This document shows, piece by piece, positions 60,787 through 64,000 of a DNA stretch of 64,000 nt; position 1 is the stretch's first letter, and every line of letters starts with the position of its first letter. Both the position numbers and the translations under genes were made by a program. The DNA lies in the NCBI GenBank assembly GCA_038249465.1, contig JBBRWD010000007.1, positions 17,308 to 81,307 of the forward strand. Reading direction: 5' to 3'. This DNA is from Limisphaerales bacterium. GTDB lineage: Bacteria > Verrucomicrobiota > Verrucomicrobiia > Limisphaerales > JBBRWD01. Under the pieces are notes generated by a model. The model ran no database searches, was not told the origin of the DNA, and saw only the letters and a program-made list of their open reading frames with translations.

Positions 60787-61155
60787 TCACCGTACCGTAC
60801 CGGTCTGTTTGATGACGGCGTTCTTCTCGCCGCAAACGATCATGCGCGGCTTCCACGCGTCGGCCTGCGCTTCCTCGACTTCGGTGAACGCCATGATGAC
60901 GAGGCGTTCGCCCGCCTTGCCGAGATGGGCGGTGGAACCGTTGAGCACGATGGCGCCGGAGCCGCGCTCGCCGCGGATGGCATACGTCTCGAAACGGTTG
61001 CCGTTGGCCAGATTGCTGCACAGGATGCGCTCGTACTGGCGCAATCCCACAAGCTCCATCAAGTCCTCCGCAATCGTGAGGCTGCCTTCATAATCAACAC
61101 TCGCGCCGGTGACCTGGGCGCGGTGAATCTTCGATTTGAGCAGGTGTATCAACAT
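60787..61155 (-). CDS. panD: Aspartate 1-decarboxylase
   Basis: LKSKIHRA.VT, YEG/SLTI self-cleavage site, NGNRFETY. Confidence 0.95.
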   Translation of the reverse strand: MLIHLLKSKIHRAQVTGASVDYEGSLTIAEDLMELVGLRQYERILCSNLANGNRFETYAIRGERGSGAIVLNGSTAHLGKAGERLVIMAFTEVEEAQADAWKPRMIVCGEKNAVIKQTGTVR

Positions 61156-61247
61156 AGTCTCCAGGCAGACCGCCCGCCTGACAGCCCGGCAACTATAGGG
61201 TCGGGAAACGGACATTCAACTGCTAGTTTGGGCGCGCGTATTGATGG

Positions 61248-61430
61248 GGGCGCATCCGCGCACTGCCCGGAGCGCGGGTGTGTCGAAGACCATCCGCAGC
61301 AGCTTCGCCATAAGCAGCCGCTGACATACCCCCGATGCTTCCGCGCATTTTGGGCAGGCTGCGGCTGGTCGAGAACGACACAGCCGCGATCCGGTTTGGT
61401 ATGGCTCCGGGGCGGTGCGCGGATGCGCCC
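61248..61430. mobile_element. MITE-like element with the same GGGCGCATCCGCGCACTGCC termini as the 159-bp family but a different palindromic core
   Basis: ~20-bp TIRs; core arms GGAGCGCGGGTGTGTCG...CGACACAGCCGCGATCC. Confidence 0.7.
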
Positions 61431-61575
61431 CTCCTCCGGCGCTGCCCTGAACTTTGAGCTTGGAACTTTGAGCGTTGCCCTCGAAATTCCGCCCTCGCTG
61501 GCTGTGGCGGAAAACCAGCCGGTGACAGCGATCCTCGCGAGATTCAATTAGCACAGATCGCAGAGCAAAAACCGC

Positions 61576-62817
61576 ATGAAGCCGTCATCCATCTTCGAGA
61601 GTTACGCCGCGCGTCTGCGCGATTTCATCCGCCGCCATTCCCCGGCGGATGGATCCGTGGCGGCTGACGAGGGCGAATTCAACGCGCTCGCGCTGGATCT
61701 CTTCGGCCTCCACTACGCGCACAATCCCGCCTACCGCGCCCTCTGCCATGCGCGCAAACAGCTGCCGCTCGATGTGAGCAACTGGCGCGAAATCCCCGCC
61801 GTGCCCACCGTTGCCTTCAAGGAGATGGAGATGACGGTTCTCTGCCCCGACGAGCGCACCGCCGAGTTTCATTCGAGCGGCACCACCGGCGACGAACCGG
61901 GGCGCCATTTCCACTGCGACGCATCGCTGGCGATTTACGAGGCGTCGTTGCTGCCGTGGTTCCAGGCGCATGTGTTGCCGGAAACACTCGATGGCCCGGC
62001 CGGGTTCACGTTCGTCGCGCTTACGCCGCCGCCGTCGCTGGCGCCACATTCGTCGCTCGCGCACATGTTCGACACCGTGCGGCGGCGATTTGCCGCGGAG
62101 CAATCCATCTTCACCGGCGAGCCTGCACCCGAGGCTGGCTGGCGGGTGAACCATGAGGAGACGCTGCGCCGCCTGCGCGAAGCCGCGGCCCACGGGCTGC
62201 CGGTCGTGTTGCTCGGCACCGCATTCAACTTCGTTCACCTGCTCGACCGGATGACCGACGAGGGTGTGAGCCTGACACTTCCCGCCGGCTCGCGCGTGAT
62301 GGAAACCGGCGGCTACAAAGGCCGCTCACGCGAATTGCCGCGGCCCGAACTGCACGCGCTCATCGCCGCGCGCCTCGGCATCGCGCGAGATTTCATTGTC
62401 TGCGAATACGGCATGAGCGAACTGAGTTCGCAGGCCTACGACACCGTCGCCGGGATCGCGCGAGAGTCCCAGTTGGGTGCTCGCGAGTCGATTTCAAAAC
62501 CCCGTAGCAGCCGAGGTAACGAGGCTCAAATTTCCGGGAAATCAGAGCCTCCTCACGTCGGCTGCTACGGTTCTGAATCTGGCTCCCGAAACTTCCGCTT
62601 CCCCCCGTGGGCCCGTGCTCAAATCATCTCGCCCGAAACCGGAGACGAAGTCGGCGACGGCGAGGCCGGGCTGGTCCGCGTGCTGGATCTGGCCAACGTC
62701 GCCTCGGCGGTCACGCTGCAAACGGAAGATCTCGCCGTGCGACGCGGCGATGGTTTCGAATTGCTCGGGCGTTCGACCGACGCCGAACCGCGCGGGTGTT
62801 CCCTGATGTCGCTCTGA
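61576..62817 (+). CDS. LuxE/PaaK-like acyl-protein synthetase with an in-frame repeat insertion
   Basis: F.SSGTTG, ETGGYKG, EYGMSELSSQAY, DLAN, TEDL, LLGR. Confidence 0.85.
   Translation: MKPSSIFESYAARLRDFIRRHSPADGSVAADEGEFNALALDLFGLHYAHNPAYRALCHARKQLPLDVSNWREIPAVPTVAFKEMEMTVLCPDERTAEFHSSGTTGDEPGRHFHCDASLAIYEASLLPWFQAHVLPETLDGPAGFTFVALTPPPSLAPHSSLAHMFDTVRRRFAAEQSIFTGEPAPEAGWRVNHEETLRRLREAAAHGLPVVLLGTAFNFVHLLDRMTDEGVSLTLPAGSRVMETGGYKGRSRELPRPELHALIAARLGIARDFIVCEYGMSELSSQAYDTVAGIARESQLGARESISKPRSSRGNEAQISGKSEPPHVGCYGSESGSRNFRFPPWARAQIISPETGDEVGDGEAGLVRVLDLANVASAVTLQTEDLAVRRGDGFELLGRSTDAEPRGCSLMSL
62485..62585. repeat. REP family B doublet (62503-62569) inside a GAGTCGATTTCAAAACC...GGTTCTGAATCTGGCTC shell, in-frame in the LuxE-like gene
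   Basis: CGTAGCAGCCGAGGT...CTCACGTCGGCTGCTACG arms; encodes ESISKPRSSRGNEAQISGKSEPPHVGCYGSESGS. Confidence 0.75.
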
Positions 62818-62831
62818 GCTGCTTTCCCATC

Positions 62832-64000
62832 ATGAATCTGCCCAACTATTTCATCGCCGATCTGCCGCCCGAGGCGACGATCTCGGCGCAGTTGGTCGCC
62901 GATGCGTGCCAGACGCTGAAGCGCAACCGCGAAAGGCAATTGGGCGCCTACACGACGCCCGGCATCGTGCGCGTGCTGGCCGAACTCGGCGACAACTGGC
63001 TCCAGCCGGATTACCCATTTCGCCAATTTGCCCTCGCGCGCGGTCCGGCCGAGACCGGATTTTCTGTCGCGACGCTCGCCGCCGGGCTGGACGCGTTGTT
63101 CGGCCAGTGGTCCCGCGAGAATCTCCACGCATTGCTCGTCCAGGAACTCGGTCACGTGCAGCGCCTTGATGAGCCCTGTGCCACGCCGGAGGAACAGCGC
63201 GCCGGTCGTCAGTCACTCGTCACCGGACCCGAGATGCTCGCGCACATCACGGCCGGCAATCTCCCGAGTCCGACCCTCTTCAGCATCGCGCTCGGGCTGC
63301 TGGTGCGCTCGGCGCAATTTGTGAAATGCGCGCGCGGCGCGTCGTTCCTCCCGCGGCTCTTCGCCCATTCGCTTTACGAACTCGATCCCAGGCTCGCCTC
63401 GTGCCTCGAAATCGCCGAGTGGCGCGGTGGCGACGAGTCGCTCGAAGACGCGCTCTTCGCCGAGGCTGATTGTGTCACGGCGACCGGCAGTGATGAGACG
63501 CTCGCCTCCATCCGCCGCCGGCTGCCGGCGCGCACGCGCTTTCTCGGCTATGGCCATCGCGTGAGCTTTGGATACGTCGGCAAGGAACTCCTCGTCGGCT
63601 TCAGCGCGAAGAAAGCCGCTGCCCGCGCGGCTGCGGATGTCGCCGCGTGGAACCAGCTCGGCTGCCTTTCGCCGCACATCATCTACGTCGAGAGCGGCGG
63701 CTCCGTTTCCCCTGAACTCTTCGCCGAACTGCTCGCGGCGGAACTGGCGAAGCGTGAGGAGACGGAACCGCGCGGCGAACTGCATATCGAGATCGCTGCC
63801 ACCATCAGGGCGCGGCGGGACTTCTACGAAGTGCGCGCGGCCGGCGTGACCGACACCCGGCTGTGGTGCAGCGAAAATTCCACCGCGTGGACGGTGGTGT
63901 TCGAGGATGATCCGCGCTTCCAGGCATCGTGCCTGCACCGTTTCATCTACGTGAAGGCCGTGCAGAATCTCGACGAGGTGTTGCAGGGCGCCGATGCGGT
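62832..64000 (+). CDS. LuxC-like acyl-CoA reductase (runs off the window end)
   Basis: Manual translation MNLPNYFIADLP...HITAGNLP...ATGSDET...GYGHRVS...WNQLGCLSPH (catalytic Cys). Confidence 0.85.
   Translation, partial: MNLPNYFIADLPPEATISAQLVADACQTLKRNRERQLGAYTTPGIVRVLAELGDNWLQPDYPFRQFALARGPAETGFSVATLAAGLDALFGQWSRENLHALLVQELGHVQRLDEPCATPEEQRAGRQSLVTGPEMLAHITAGNLPSPTLFSIALGLLVRSAQFVKCARGASFLPRLFAHSLYELDPRLASCLEIAEWRGGDESLEDALFAEADCVTATGSDETLASIRRRLPARTRFLGYGHRVSFGYVGKELLVGFSAKKAAARAAADVAAWNQLGCLSPHIIYVESGGSVSPELFAELLAAELAKREETEPRGELHIEIAATIRARRDFYEVRAAGVTDTRLWCSENSTAWTVVFEDDPRFQASCLHRFIYVKAVQNLDEVLQGADA

Noticed and set aside
61576-64000. Bioluminescence operon
   Set aside because: No luxA/B/D visible; stand-alone LuxE/LuxC homologs are widespread.

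Overview
High-GC bacterial chromosome segment. Gene content and order (dnaK-groES-groEL, moxR/DUF58/Bat operon, secreted proteins ending in a 'S-x-x-L-x(2-3)-W...RRF(F/Y)R' motif) suggest Verrucomicrobiota, Pedosphaerales/Limisphaerales-like; this is inference. Most of it is core or housekeeping: bat/moxR operon, mnmG, dnaK-groESL, trpB2, infA, apaG, pckG, argF/B/J, purL, prfB with its +1 frameshift, pgsA, lexA, lpxD, panD, a large glycogen-debranching enzyme and a LuxE/LuxC-like pair. I saw no rRNA, tRNA, CRISPR array, integrase or transposase. The notable signals are structural. (1) Several families of REP-like palindromic doublets occur, often nested inside separate terminal-inverted-repeat 'shells'. 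Several sit in-frame inside genes: three families in purL, one in the LuxE-like gene, and one 159-bp element in a glycosyltransferase remnant. (2) A duplicated 5' end of the DUF58 gene brackets an inserted nucleotidyltransferase/small-protein module. (3) A perfect parS palindrome lies inside the mnmG coding sequence. (4) A sigma-54-type promoter with an upstream inverted repeat precedes dnaK-groESL. (5) There are possible pseudoenzymes: a kinase/pseudokinase tandem and a Gfo/Idh/MocA protein lacking catalytic motifs. All calls come from reading the sequence by eye; no searches were run.
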